Counted from the first letter of the whole stretch, positions 48,447 to 62,945 are shown. The stretch is 63,923 nucleotides of DNA, filler included, from Octopus bimaculoides (GCF_001194135.2; 5 parts of 4 records of this genome joined end to end with filler, not necessarily neighbours in it); one strand, 5' to 3'. A program made the numbers and translations. Notes: a model not told the origin generated them from the sequence alone.

Positions 48447-48918
48447 TATAATTATTATTATCATTATTATCATTATTTTTAGTCAATGGTAGGAACTGAC
48501 TAAATCGTTATCGCGATTTCTTTTTTTCCCACGAGGGTTCCGGACCCCAGTAATGAACTCATTTGCATTTATGAGCGCTTAACAAGTGCTGGGCGATAAG
48601 ATAAGGTCACTTGGGTAAGGAATGACCATTTTAATAATGCTTGTTGTTCTTGTTCCTCTTTCAACCATGGCTGATTCTGCATAGTTATTTGTGTTGTTGT
48701 TTTGTTTACTTTGTAAAACAGTAAGGGGAGAGGGTTGCTAGCACATCACCCTTTACCCAGATTTTCCCATCCACACCTTTACCATACGAGGCCCTAACAA
48801 AATCCGATAATAGGTATTGATTCAGATCTATCTAATTACTTGTCTCCTTCTAAAATCAGGCATAACTTGGCGATCTACTTGTACCAAAACCGCAATATTA
48901 TTATTATTATTATTATTG

Positions 48919-48992
<74 letters not shown>

Positions 48993-49181
48993 TTATGTTT
49001 GACTTTTGTTTTGCATTTGTACAAGTTGGATCCAAGTCTCACCCAGAGACCTCAAGAGACAACAAGTTAGAAGTTCATGTAGGTGTTATGCCTAGGGTAC
49101 CATATATTTGTATTTGTACAGTTTTGTTCAATATTATTATTATTATTATTATTATTATCATTACTATTATTATTACTATTA

Positions 49182-49218
<37 letters not shown>

Positions 49219-50032
49219 CATTACTATTATTATTACTATTATTGTTNNNNNNNNNNNNNNNNNNNNNNNNNNNNNNNNNNNNNNNNNNNNNNNNNNNNNN
49301 NNNNNNNNNNNNNNNNNNNNNNNNNNNNNNNNNNNNNNNNNNNNNNNNNNNNNNNNNNNNNNNNNNNNNNNNNNNNNNNNNNNNNNNNNNNNNNNNNNNN
49401 NNNNNNNNNNNNNNNNNNNNNNNNNNNNNNNNNNNNNNNNNNNNNNNNNNNNNNNNNNNNNNNNNNNNNNNNNNNNNNNNNNNNNNNNNNNNNNNNNNNN
49501 NNNNNNNNNNNNNNNNNNNNNNNNNNNNNNNNNNNNNNNNNNNNNNNNNNNNNNNNNNNNNNNNNNNNNNNNNNNNNNNNNNNNNNNNNNNNNNNNNNNN
49601 NNNNNNNNNNNNNNNNNNNNNNNNNNNNNNNNNNNNNNNNNNNNNNNNNNNNNNNNNNNNNNNNNNNNNNNNNNNNNNNNNNNNNNNNNNNNNNNNNNNN
49701 NNNNNNNNNNNNNNNNNNNGCCTTAGGCAAAGATGAATATACCTGGGTAAGAGGGTGGAAGGAAAGAGAGAAACAGGGAGAGAGAGGGGGAAGATAGACA
49801 GAGAGAAGGAGGGAGAGACAGACAGACAATGAAGTATGGAGTTTATTATAATCTATTAGGAACTGATACACCATTATCCATTTATCTGTATTTTCTGCAA
49901 ACCCTATGTGTAGGCTACTGAAAGCACACACAAAGGTAGACTGTGTGTATGCAAGAAGTTCTATATATACAAACACAGACAGGCAAAAGCAAAGATAAAT
50001 AGGTAGACAGACAAATAGATAGACAGACAGAC

Positions 50033-50103
<71 letters not shown>

Positions 50104-50623
50104 GGGACAGACAAACAGGCAGATAGATAAATAGTTTAAAAACAAAGTAACAAACCAAAAATAAGCGTAAGATAAAATATTTGATATTTTGAACTACGTG
50201 TGTGTGTGTGTGTACATATATACGTTTACATTTGAATATGTATATATACACACACAAATGGAATATTTATATAAATGCATATGCAAACATGTTCATATTT
50301 ATAAATAGGTATATATGAGTGTATATATATTCGCATATTTAAAAAATATTCCAGTATTTACATCCAGCATATTTTTCGTGTGTGTGTGTCTGTGTGTGAG
50401 TGTGTGTGTGAGTGTGTGTGTGTGTGGGTGGGTGTGTGGGTGTGTTTGTGTGAGGAAGTATTTCAGTCTTATTTGACCATGCATTTCTCTCAAATATTAC
50501 CGTAAATAAGTATGTATGCATGTCTTCATCTTAGTATGTATGTGTTTATACACATACACAAAGACAAATACAAATATATACACATACATATATTAACACT
50601 TATATATATACTTATGTATATAT

Positions 50624-50663
<40 letters not shown>

Positions 50664-51681
50664 TACGTATACGTACACGTATGCGTGTATATNNNNNNNN
50701 NNNNNNNNNNNNNNNNNNNNNNNNNNNNNNNNNNNNNNNNNNNNNNNNNNNNNNNNNNNNNNNNNNNNNNNNNNNNNNNNNNNNNNNNNNNNNNNNNNNN
50801 NNNNNNNNNNNNNNNNNNNNNNNNNNNNNNNNNNNNNNNNNNNNNNNNNNNNNNNNNNNNNNNNNNNNNNNNNNNNNNNNNNNNNNNNNNNNNNNNNNNN
50901 NNNNNNNNNNNNNNNNNNNNNNNNNNNNNNNNNNNNNNNNNNNNNNNNNNNNNNNNNNNNNNNNNNNNNNNNNNNNNNNNNNNNNNNNNNNNNNNNNNNN
51001 NNNNNNNNNNNNNNNNNNNNNNNNNNNNNNNNNNNNNNNNNNNNNNNNNNNNNNNNNNNNNNNNNNNNNNNNNNNNNNNNNNNNNNNNNNNNNNNNNNNN
51101 NNNNNNNNNNNNNNNNNNNNNNNNNNNNNNNNNNNNNNNNNNNNNNNNNNNNNNNNNNNNNNNNNNNNNNNNNNNNNNNNNNNNNNNNNNNNNNNNNNNN
51201 NNNNNNNNNNNNNNNNNNNNNNNNNNNNNNNNNNNNNNNNNNNNNNNNNNNNNNNNNNNNNNNNNNNNNNNNNNNNNNNNNNNNNNNNNNNNNNNNNNNN
51301 NNNNNNNNNNNNNNNNNNNNNNNNNNNNNNNNNNNNNNNNNNNNNNNNNNNNNNNNNNNNNNNNNNNNNNNNNNNNNNNNNNNNNNNNNNNNNNNNNNNN
51401 NNNNNNNNNNNNNNNNNNNNNNNNNNNNNNNNNNNNNNNNNNNNNNNNNNNNNNNNNNNNNNNNNNNNNNNNNNNNNNNNNNNNNNNNNNNNNNNNNNNN
51501 NNNNNNNNNNNNNNNNNNNNNNNNNNNNNNNNNNNNNNNNNNNNNNNNNNNNNNNNNNNNNNNNNNNNNNNNNNNNNNNNNNNNNNNNNNNNNNNNNNNN
51601 NNNNNNNNNNNNNNNNNNNNNNNNNNNNNNNNNNNNNNNNNNNNNNNNNNNNNNNNNNNNNNNNNNNNNNNNNNNNNNNNN

Positions 51682-51775
51682 AGAAGAAGAAGAAGAAGAA
51701 GAAGAAGAAGAAGAAGAAGAAGAAGAAGAAGAAGAAGAAGAAGAAGAAGAAGAAGAAGAAGAAGAAGAAGAAGAA
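51682..51775. repeat. (GAA)n microsatellite
   Basis: Direct reading. Confidence 0.97.
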
Positions 51776-52588
51776 TGTATACTGATGTGATGAAAAATCA
51801 AATTTCAATGCTGAGAAAAAATCTTTCAAAAAACAAAGAATTTTGGAAGACTAACTAAAATGAAAATGAAGAAACGCTGTTTAAATAACTGAGTTTTAAA
51901 ATGGCGTATAACAAGAGAGTATAAAAATATAAAATATAGGAGAATAAAAAGTTTAGTGGAAACTACACGTCCAAAAAATTAATGTAAAAACTGCAAACAA
52001 ATAAAAGTAGACTATAAAATAACATATAAATACAAAACGATATTTTACCGTTGGGCAGGATCGAAATACGTGACCTTTATGGCCAAGTGTTGTCGCTTTT
52101 AAGATGGGAAAGGTGCCATAACTTCCTCCACCCTCCACTGACTTAAAGAGCTCTCTCTTTTGCCACTGTCATTGTTATTCGTCATTACATAATGCTTAAC
52201 AAATTACTCACAAATCTTCTTCATCACACTTTATGGTCTTTTTCTTCAAAATTTTTCATTTTGTCTTTTTTTGGCCCTTTCCATCCTCTTCCTCCTTCTC
52301 CTCCTCCTCCTCCTCCTCATCATCATCATCATCATCATCATCACCATAAACATCATCATCCTCGTCACTAGCGTCATCATCATTATCATCATCATCATCG
52401 TCGTCGTCTTCAACAGCAACAACAATAGCATCATCATCGATGTTGCCATCTACACCTCTCCAATTCATTCCTCTGTTGATCGGTCTCTCCTTCTGTATCG
52501 AGCTAATTAGTTTATGTGTAATACTGTTGATGTTGACATGCACGCACAGAAAGATGGAGAAAAGAGGGAGGAAGCGAGAGAGAGTGAG

Positions 52589-52621
<33 letters not shown>

Positions 52622-52689
52622 ATCTTTAATATACATACATCTATATGCTTACAAATTCTTNNNNNNNNNNATATACCGTTTGTTCTCAC

Positions 52690-53025
52690 TGTTCTGTCTT
52701 GTATTTACTGTTTTGTTCTCACTGTCCTGTTCTTGTTTACACTTTCACCCTCCTCAAAAATTTCCAAATTTTAATTAATTTGCTTTTGCGGGAAGGACTG
52801 CTCCAACGAAGTCGCGTATTGTCCTTGCCTTCGAAACGCGGAGTAGATTGAACAGGGACAACTGAAGAAGGGAAATATTCTTTATGTTGCAAGTCTCGTC
52901 TCTCTGTTTGTTTGTTTTGCGTTGTTCGAAAACAAAAAAAAAGTTCGTTTTCTGTTTTCGTTTTTATGTTTTCGTTTCTCATTGTGTTTAACGTCTTTTT
53001 GTGATGTCCTGTACCCATATACGCT
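52690..53025. repeat. Unclassified dispersed repeat (partner of 29740-30070)
   Basis: Near reverse complement of 29740-30070 across ~330 bp. Confidence 0.9.
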
Positions 53026-53929
53026 TGTATGTATACATATAGATATCGGTATGTACATATATGTATGAATATATGCATATAATTATATATTATTTNNNNN
53101 NNNNNNNNNNNNNNNNNNTATATATTCATTTATAGATATATATATATTATATGTATACATATATATGCATATATATATATATATGTATGTACACAAACAC
53201 ACACATACACACACCTTTATACATTGTACGAATCTATCTATCTATCTGTATGTGTATGTTTGTTTATATATGTATACATATATATAATATATATAATATA
53301 TATGTACGTACACACACATATGTATATACATATATATACATTATATATATATATATATATGTATACAGATATACGTTCCTCTTCATAATATTTGCCACAC
53401 ATTTTCTCTATTTGTCTGACTTTCTCTTTCCCCGTTTCTCCCTTACTTCCCCCTCTCCCTCTCTCTCTCTCTCTCTCTCAACAACACACATTTTCTCTTT
53501 CTCTTTCGCCGTCTATAAATCGCCCAGCTCCTACGATTGATTAGGAAAATATTTATACGCAGCCTGCGTATTCGCTTCTGCCACTAATAGTGTTAAAGTG
53601 TATAGAAATACTTCGTGAATTCCACTAACATTTCAAATGATCTTGATAACGCTGTTAATAATGGTAGCAGAAGCAGCCGCCGTAGCAATAATAGTAGTAG
53701 TAATCGTTGTTGTTGGTGGTGATGGTGGTGATGGTGGTGGTGATGGTGATGATCATGATGATAATGATGGGCAGCGATTGGTCGAAAGGTCAACGTGATT
53801 GACCTTCCTGTTAATTGACTCAATTTTCAGTCTTTAAGACAAAATTACTGAAGCTATTTCCAAATTTTTTTCCTAATTATGAATTTTTTTATTACATATT
53901 TTTTTTTTCCTTCCTTCTCTTCCTCCTTC

Positions 53930-54081
53930 TTCGACATCGTCATCGATACAGTCATCATCGTCGTCATCTAAAACATCATTACCATCATTACCAATCACCA
54001 TCATCATCGTCGTCGTCGTCGTCGTCTTCATCATAATCAGCATCAGCAGCAGCTTCAACCACATCGTCAGCATCATCATCG

Positions 54082-54122
<41 letters not shown>

Positions 54123-54300
54123 GTTATCAGCACCACCACCGTTTATCCTCCTCTACCTCTACATCATTATTCTTATCTTCCTCATAATCATAATAATAAT
54201 AATAATCATCATCATCAGTATACACCCTCCTCTTCCTCCTCCTCATCATCGTCTTCTTGTTCTTCTTGTTCTTCTTCTTGTTCTTCTTCTTGTTCTTCTT
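53930..54300. repeat. Compound (CAT/CGT/CTT)n array
   Basis: Direct reading. Confidence 0.9.
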
Positions 54301-55046
54301 ATTATTATTCTTCTTTCCTTTCTTTTTCTTCCTCTTGTAATCTATTCCTTATTATTCTTTTTATGTCTCTTCATATTACTAAATGTTCCTCATTTATTTT
54401 GTTGTCTTTTATAATTGAACTTGCTGTTGTTGTTGTTGTCGTTGTCTTTACTTTTTTTCTCTTCTGCTTTTTTTTTTTTTTACTTCATAAATATTGTTTA
54501 GCTCTTTTACATATTTTTGTCGTTATTTGATTTCATTTTAGCCTTGCCATTTTCAAATATATTTTTTTATTTTCGTCGTTCTCAAGTCTTAGTGCAGCTA
54601 TCTTTGTTGTTGTTGCTGCTGCTGCTATACTTGTTGTTGTTGCTGTTGTTGTTGTCTTATAATTGTTCCAATTCTTTTTCTTCATATTGCTGTATGGCTT
54701 TCTTTGCCGTGTTTAAAATGGCTGACTTCAACAATTTAGGAACACGACTTGCATTTTTAACAAGATATTTTTCAGTATTATATTCTCTTAACGCAGTGTA
54801 GAGATAATGCGTAACACGATGGCGCTGTTATGAGAGAACATTACCTTACGTGAAAAAACCACAAGTGCAACTTGAAGAATGCACTGAAATGTACGTCACA
54901 AAAATACGTGCATACATAATATATGCGTGTATATGTGTGTGTATGTGTGTTTGTATGTGTGTATATATGCAGGTACGTATGTATATATCATATCGCTGCT
55001 AGTCTGCGTAAGTGTATGCATATATCTGTAAATGAAGCACCTTATA

Positions 55047-55652
55047 TACCAGGTCATCCCATAAGTTCTGTCCGATTTTACCTTTTTTAAAAATTGAATG
55101 ACATTTAATAGTGTTTTAGAATGTCTAATGGAATTAAAAATTACTTTTATGCATTTGTGTACGTTTAAACTATTTAAATATTATTTTACAGAATAATAGA
55201 ATTAAAATCTCTTTGATTAAAACTCTTTCTAACATGAAAGTATCCAAAGATCATTTGAGGCACATAATGCTTTATGAGTACAAAAAAGGAAATTCTGCAG
55301 CCGAAGCGACTCGAAACATACACTCAGTTTATGGGAAAGATTGCTTGAATGAAAGAACTTGCAGAAGATGGTTTTCAAAATTTAGAAGTGTAAATTTCAG
55401 CCTTGAAGATGAGGATTGAACAGGACGTCCAGTTGAGTTTGATGATAACCTCCTTGAGGCATTACTTGAAGAAAATCCTGCATTATCAGTTGAAGAATTG
55501 GCAATAAAGATTAGTTCAAATCGTACAACTGTTCATCGTCATCTTCAACAACTTGGAAAGGTTTCTAAACTTGGAAAATGTGTGCCTCATGAATTGTCCG
55601 AAAGCAACGGCAAATCCCGCGTTGACATCTGCTCTTCTCTCCATTCTCGAAG
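55047..55652 (+). mobile_element. Mariner transposon 5' half with TIR, pseudogenised
   Basis: TIR-like TACCAGGTCATCCCATAAGTTCTGTCCGATTTT. Translation MKVSKDHLRHIMLYEYKKGNSAAEATRNI..RRWFSKFRS..LEDED*TGRPVEFDD..LGKVSKLGKCVPHELSE; truncated by (TAGG)n/(TAGA)n. Confidence 0.92.
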
Positions 55653-55716
55653 GTAGGTAGGTAGGTAGGTAGGTAGGTAGGTAGGTAGGTAGGTAGGTAA
55701 GTAGATAGATAGATAA

Positions 55717-55782
<66 letters not shown>

Positions 55783-55875
55783 AACAACATTCTACTGGTA
55801 TTAACTANNNNNNNNNNAGGTAGGTAGGTAGGTAGGTAGGTAGGTAGGTAGGTAGGTAAGTAGATAGATAGATAA

Positions 55876-55941
<66 letters not shown>

Positions 55942-57048
55942 AACAACATTCTACTGGTATTAACTAAAGTTTTACCAATACCAGTGAGAATTCTCTGCTC
56001 TCTTTCTGTCTGTCTGTCCTTCTTTCTCCCTCTCTACGTTCCCAGAAAAATTCTGTTACGCTTTCAAATCATGTAGGTGAAGTGGGAATAATTTGGAAAT
56101 TTGTGATCTGCATAGAACATATCATCAACAACACCCACAACAATAACAATAACAACCACCACCACACTACCAGCTCCTGGCAATCGCGAGTTCAATCACA
56201 GCTTGCCTCAGCTCACGATTCACTTCAGCCGTCATTACAATAAATAGCTTATCCACTCGGCTAATTCATCTCATTTATTTTAATTGTTGGCAATTGCTAA
56301 TCTTTCGATCGTGTATCAAGCTTGGGTATCTTGTTACGTTCACAACGGATTTCAAATTGATGCTAATTGCTTCATTTTCATAATTAGTTAGCAAAAATAA
56401 TAACAACGACATACATTCGCACGCATTCTCACACACACACATACATACATACATACACACACACAAGCAAATGTATAAAAACACACGTATTGATGAATGT
56501 ATACACGCAAACTTACACACCGTGTATGAATATGAAAGAACGATGCTAAGCTATGAAATGGAGAAAGATTAAATTAATACGTGGTGTAGGGAAAGACAAG
56601 GGGGGATAAATGGAGATTAATGCAGATAAAAGGAGAGAAAAATGAAGCGATGGATAGGCAGGGGTTGATAAGAAAGAGTGCAAAGGAAAGTGTGTAAAGG
56701 AGAGATTGTGCATTTGAGTATGTATGGAAGGAGAGAGATTGTGTGTGTGCGTGTGATTGTGTGTATGTGTGTGTGTATGAATGAAGAGAGATTGCATGTG
56801 TGTATGAAGGAGAGGGATTCTGTGTGTGCGTGCGCGTCTGTGTGTGCNNNNNNNNNNNNNNNNNNNNNNNNNNNNNNNNNNNNNNNNNNNNNNNNNNNNN
56901 NNNNNNNNNNNNNNNNNNNNNNNNNNNNNNNNNNNNNNNNNNNNNNNNNNNNNNNNNNNNNNNNNNNNNNNNNNNNNNNNNNNNNNNNNNNNNNNNNNNN
57001 NNNNNNNNNNNNNNNNNNNNNNNNNNNNNNNNNNNNNNNNNNNNNNNN

Positions 57049-57082
<34 letters not shown>

Positions 57083-57489
57083 ACTAAAAGAGAGATTATG
57101 TGTGCGTGTATGCATGGACGGAGAGAGATTGTGTATGTATGAAAGGAGAAAGAGTGAGATGCATAGAAATCGAGGAGTGTGTGGTAGAGTGCAATCTTTA
57201 GAATTAGTTGCCATTCGATTCTAATCGGATTTCACCTGTTCTAGAATAGCCATGCCTTGTCATATAAAATATCAATTAAAACAAAACTCACGTCTATTAA
57301 TGAATTGATTGGATCAATTAAGGACTTGCTATTTATTTATGTATTTTTATGATGCTTTGTTTCTATTCGTTTCTTTTCGTTTGTGTTCGCGTTTTAGCTT
57401 TTGTTGTTTGTGTTGTTGTTCTTTTGGTTGCTGCTGCTGCTGCTGCTGTTCTTGTCAGTGTTGTTGTGGATTCAGTCGTTGTTATTATT

Positions 57490-57975
57490 ATATTAGATTA
57501 TGGTGATGTCGTAGTTGACGACGAGGCCGGCGATGACGACGATGAGGAGGAGGCGGAGGTGGAGGATGACGATTATGATGATGACGACGACGGCGATGAC
57601 TATATCGAAGTTGATGATGATGATGATGATGATGACGACGATGAAGTTAAAAACGATAATGATGATGATGATAATGATGATTATGATCGTCGTCGTCATT
57701 AACAATCATCATCATTAGCATCATCACATTATCATCATCATCATCGTCATCCTCATCATCTTGGCGGTGATGTTCATGGTGATAATGCTGATGACGATGA
57801 CGATGACAATGAAGATGATGATAATGACGATGACTACGACTACGACGATGACGACAGTGCTGCTGATGACGATGACGACATCGACGATAATGATGATGAG
57901 GAGGGTGGTGGTGGTGGAGACGATGATGATGATGATGATGATGATGATAATGACGACGATGGTAGTGATGATGAT
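57490..57975. repeat. Compound (GAT/GAC)n array
   Basis: Direct reading. Confidence 0.92.
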
Positions 57976-58348
57976 GCTTCCGTTATTAATTCCATTTTGT
58001 TTTCGGTTTGGAAAAATTGTTTTCTTTTGTCTTGGTTTTGTGTCTTTTCAATTTTCGAAATTGGGAGGGAAAAAAGCGTTTTAAATTCAATTAATTTATT
58101 AATTAAATACTTAATTAGTTATTAAATTAATCAATTCATCCAATCATTTCAATTCATTATCAATATTAGGATATATACATATACACGTGCAAACATATAC
58201 ATGTATGTCTACGCATATTAATATAAAACTATATACAAAAATACACACATACAAATACATACACGCATACATATATACATATATAAATATACGTATATAA
58301 ATATATGTATACACACATATATATATATTTAGATATAAATATGTATAA

Positions 58349-58387
<39 letters not shown>

Positions 58388-59446
58388 NNNNNNNNNNNNN
58401 NNNNNNNNNNNNNNNNNNNNNNNNNNNNNNNNNNNNNNNNNNNNNNNNNNNNNNNNNNNNNNNNNNNNNNNNNNNNNNNNNNNNNNNNNNNNNNNNNNNN
58501 NNNNNNNNNNNNNNNNNNNNNNNNNNNNNNNNNNNNNNNNNNNNNNNNNNNNNNNNNNNNNNNNNNNNNNNNNNNNNNNNNNNNNNNNNNNNNNNNNNNN
58601 NNNNNNNNNNNNNNNNNNTATATAATGATACATATATATACATACATACATGCATATACATACTTGAATGTAAACACATGCATATACAGATATTACAAGT
58701 ATTCATTGATTTAATTAAAGTGTTTTCATATACACTGTATCTCCTTCTCCCCCCTTCTTCCCCCTCTCTCTCTCTCTCTCTCTCAATCTCTCAATCTCTC
58801 TTAATTAATACCTCATATTTTGTTATTTTTTCCTTTGAATTCGTCCAATTACATGAAATATTTACATAAATAATTTTTTTCTGGTTTAATTGTTGCTGTT
58901 GTTATTGTGACGTTGTTGATGATGGTAATTTAGTTGGAAGACGAGGATGAATCTAATAGTGGTGGTGATGAGAGTGGTGGTGGTGGTAGATGAGGGTGGT
59001 TGTAGATGTAGTGATATTGGTGGTGGTGGTGGTGGTGGTGGTGGTTGTGGTGTTTGTAATTATGTCTTTGGTGGTGGTGGTGGTGACGTTAATAATTACA
59101 CTTACGGCGAGGAACATAATAAAGATGGCGGTGGTGGTGGTGTCTTTGCTGATCGTCACATCTATTGTAAAATGATAATGATCATGCTGATGATGATGAC
59201 GACGATGAAGATGATGATGATGATGATGAGAAGGAGGTGGAGGAGAAGGTGGAGAAAGAAATCCGTAGCGAGGATAGTAGTTATGACGATGATGGTGGTG
59301 GTGGTGGTGGTGCTAGTGATGAAGATGGTAATTATGATGATGATGANNNNNNNNNNNNNNNNNNNNNNNNNNNNNNNNNNNNNNNNNNNNTTAATTAATT
59401 AANNNNNNNNNNNNNNNNNNNNNNNNNNNNNNNNNNNNNNNNNNNN

Positions 59447-59493
<47 letters not shown>

Positions 59494-59963
59494 ATGTATG
59501 TATGTATGTATGTATAAGTGTGAGTGCGTGTATAGAAAGAAAGAAAGAGGGAGAGATAGGGAGAAAGATATTCTATATACAAATGTATATACATATATAT
59601 ATACGTACACATAAAAGTCTGTATATATGTGTATGTGTGTGTGTGTTTGTGTGTGTACGCGCGTGTCTGTGCGTGCGTGTGAGTATACATTCATATATAT
59701 AGAGAGAGAGAGAAAAAGAGGCAGTCAGAATTTTGGATAATTCTTTATTAGCGCTTTCGTTCGTTTTTCAATCTCAAGACAAAATCAAAATCAAAATGGT
59801 AAAAACAGAACATTACGTTGTTCATTTAGATGAATTGTTCTTTTTTTTTTTGCATTGTTTAGGAGAGGAGAGTATTGTTTTTGTCTTTGTCTTTTTTGGA
59901 AAAAGGAGGAGAGAGAGAAAGAAAAGCAAAGAGGGAGGAACTAGATAGAGAGAGAGGTTTCAG

Positions 59964-61235
59964 GACATGAACGCTTCAAAACTGACTTCATCACCAAGGC
60001 CACACACCTGGTACTAGAAGAAAACACCTTTAGATTCGATAATAAAACATATCGATAGTTAAATGGCACGGCTATGGGGAGGCGGTTTGCACCCTCATAT
60101 GCTAACCTAGTAATGATGTACTTGGAAGAAAAGTTTTATGAGGAAGTAGAGAGAGCTTTTAATCAGGATTACAAGAAATGCATCATTGAAAAGTGGAAAC
60201 GCTTCCTCGATGACTGCTTCATTCTTTGGGACAAATCAAATGAGAACCTACAAATATTTAATAATATACTCAACACACTTCACCCATCCATCAAATTCAC
60301 GACAGAATCCAGTTGCAATGAATTACCATTCCTGGATATTCACATAAAAATTTACAACTCTACAGTCATATTTTACAACAGACATATTTTACAAAAAACG
60401 GACACGCACCAATATTTGAATTTCTACTCTTGCCATCCCTCCCACATCAAAAGGAACATCCTATACAGCATAGCAAGACGTATCTGTACTATAGTGATTG
60501 ACCCCAGAATACGTCAAATCCGACTCAACGAGCTCAAAGTCTTCCTAACAAAGCAGAAACACCCCTTGTAATTAATAAACGAGGGAATTAAAAAGGCAAT
60601 GAAGCTGAGCTTCGCACAACTAAGGACACCAAAGGGAAAAATTAATGAAAAGACAATTCCATTTATCAATATGCACAATCCTGGGGAAGCCAACATTTTT
60701 CACACTATAAAATCAAACCTACCTATACTTCTACAAATCCCCAAAATGAAGGATCTGACTGACAAAAACCACTTACGAAACAGTAGACGCCAACCATAAA
60801 TCTCAAGAACTAACTCACAAGAGCAAAATTCACATCAGAGTATGAATCAGAATTCTCTGTGAAAGAATGAGGAGATAGCAGATGTGGAACATGCAATAAC
60901 AACAACAACTTTAAATACTTAGAAAGGGTTCCCACATAAAATTCAAGAGCAGATTCTCGTTCAAAGTAAATGCAGATATGAACTGCAAGATGCAGAAATC
61001 TTATATACTGTATTACTTTCCCCAACTACAAGGAAAATTACATTGGCAAAACAAACAATTCCCTCTGCCAATATGCAAGAATCCACGAACAACACATCCG
61101 ACAAGAGGAATTGTGCAAGATTCCACTGGGTAAGCATCTAGAAGTATGCGGTGAAGGAAAATTCAAAATCTTTCCCTTTTACAAATGTTCAAGCGATGAC
61201 CCAAAATTCCGGTCAAAAAATTCTGTCCAAAATTA
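59964..61235 (+). mobile_element. Penelope-like element, 5'-truncated, RT C-terminal half plus GIY-YIG endonuclease, pseudogenised
   Basis: NTFRFDNKTYR*LNGTAMGRRFAPSYANLVM..WKRFLDDCFILW..LHPSIKFT..LPFLDI..DTHQYLNFYSCHP (PLE RT), then DSRCGTC, then NLIYCITFPNYKENYIGKT..IHEQHIR (GIY-YIG, from ~60994). Several stops and frameshifts. Confidence 0.93.
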
Positions 61236-61868
61236 AATGTTTGAAAGAGAAGTAGGGGATCTACATTTTTATTATCATTTTTTTAATAGTAATGATGATG
61301 GATGAAGAGAAAACATTTATATTAAACTAAAAGAAAAATAAATCCTTCAAAAGGATGAAAGATACTCAAAAGTATATTTAAGTAGGCCCTGCTTTATTAT
61401 ATAATTTATATCCTACAGAGTGGCTTCCAGCTAAATATACAATATACGAACAGAATTCATTTATAATGTTTGATTAAATATACATAGAGAATAAATTGTG
61501 TTATAAACAGCACCAAATTATTCTTTTACATTCTGACTTTATTTTCCTAATTTATGAATACTGTACTAATATTTAATGTTTGTTTATGCAAAACATGGAA
61601 TTACACAGAATATGGGATATACAAGTGTAAAGGGATAAACATTTTCATAGGACTTTGAACTTTGAACTCTTTTTTTATTTTCTTCTTTCTTCCATCCTAC
61701 TTCCTAAAATTGACATCTTTGAAAGGTCACGACCACTTTTGAGAAAATATGTTTATTTATAGATACGTTGTTAAGTATACAATGGAAAGAAAAAAAAAAG
61801 AAAACAAGGAAAATGCTTTGTAATGAAATTTCAATGAATTGATCACATCAAATTGAAANNNNNNNNNN

Positions 61869-62314
61869 GCAATCTCTCATCAACTTCTTCAAGTATCATC
61901 TGAAGAGGAAGGTGAGAGCAGAAAGGGAAGTCTTGTCTAGTGAGTGCTTCAAAAAAAAGATGGGTGAATGTAGCAAGGATGGCACGTGTGAATGACGGAT
62001 CCACCTTGAGCATAACACTATAAAGGAGTAAAAAAAAATCCAGACTAAAAACAAAAAGGCAAAAGAGAGTCACTTACTGTTATAGTTTCTGCAATGACAA
62101 TATTGACCAAGGTTACCGTGGTCTTTTCCGTAGGTTTTTCTTTCCACGGCTAAACCTAAACTGTCCTCCCCTCTTTTTACACGAGAACATTACTGTGATA
62201 CACGATCCCTATTGATCGCTTTTTTTTTCTCTTCCTTCTCCCTCCTAAAAAGAAAAGCTCTACATTGTATTCGTCCCATCTTTGTTGAGCCCTGTGTGGC
62301 TAATAAAAGAAATG
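61869..62314 (+). mobile_element. Tx1/L1-clade LINE 3' end, second copy of the 47594-48378 family
   Basis: QSLINFFKYHLKRKVRAEREVL... and a 3' UTR nearly identical to the reverse complement of 47594-47930. It ends with the same GCTAATAAAAGAAATG followed by TATCTATATCTATCTATCCATCT. The 5' side is a gap. Confidence 0.88.
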
Positions 62315-62461
62315 TATCTATATCTATCTATCCATCTAACCTTTCCCAGTCCTTTATTATTNNNNNNNNNNNNNNNNNNNNNNNNNNNNNNNNNNNNNNN
62401 NNNNNTTAATTAATTAANNNNNNNNNNNNNNNNNNNNNNNNNNNNNNNNNNNNNNNNNNNN

Positions 62462-62559
<98 letters not shown>

Positions 62560-62639
62560 GGGTTTTATGTCCATAAAGCGCTGGCTGCATAACCATTTTG
62601 TTCAATACAATACGGTGAATGCACACAAAAAAAGTAAAG

Positions 62640-62945
62640 ACAACCAACATTGATTTACCAAAATGTTATCAAAGAAGGCGATGTCAGCAATAAGATAATT
62701 ATATAACACCCAGTACGAAGACTTCCGTCAAAGAGATACGTTACGTCCTTAGGCAGCCATGTATGGCGGATGAAAGACGACAGAACCCCCACACGTAATA
62801 TCATGGAAGATCCTAGAAAATCAAGACCCCTACATAAATGGCACCAAGCCTTGTAAACTGTGCATAGCCGAAGAAACGAGGATATTAAAGCGCACCCTCG
62901 ACCCGGAGATCATCCTTAACTCCAGGACATCTATATCTCCTAGGA
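62640..62945 (+). mobile_element. Second Penelope-like family, C-terminal fragment
   Basis: TSLGSHVWRMKDD, frameshift, ISWKILENQDPYINGTKPCKLCIAEETRIL..ILNSR. This matches the post-GIY-YIG T.LS..IW..K...W.IL....Y....K.C.LC..EK..I...LN.R pattern. Confidence 0.75.

Noticed and set aside
55650-55965. Direct duplication of (TAGG)n(TAGA)n-ATAAACAACATTCTACTGGTATTAACTA on both sides of a 10-N gap
   Set aside because: Typical overlap of unmerged contig ends. The same pattern occurs at 3395-3480.
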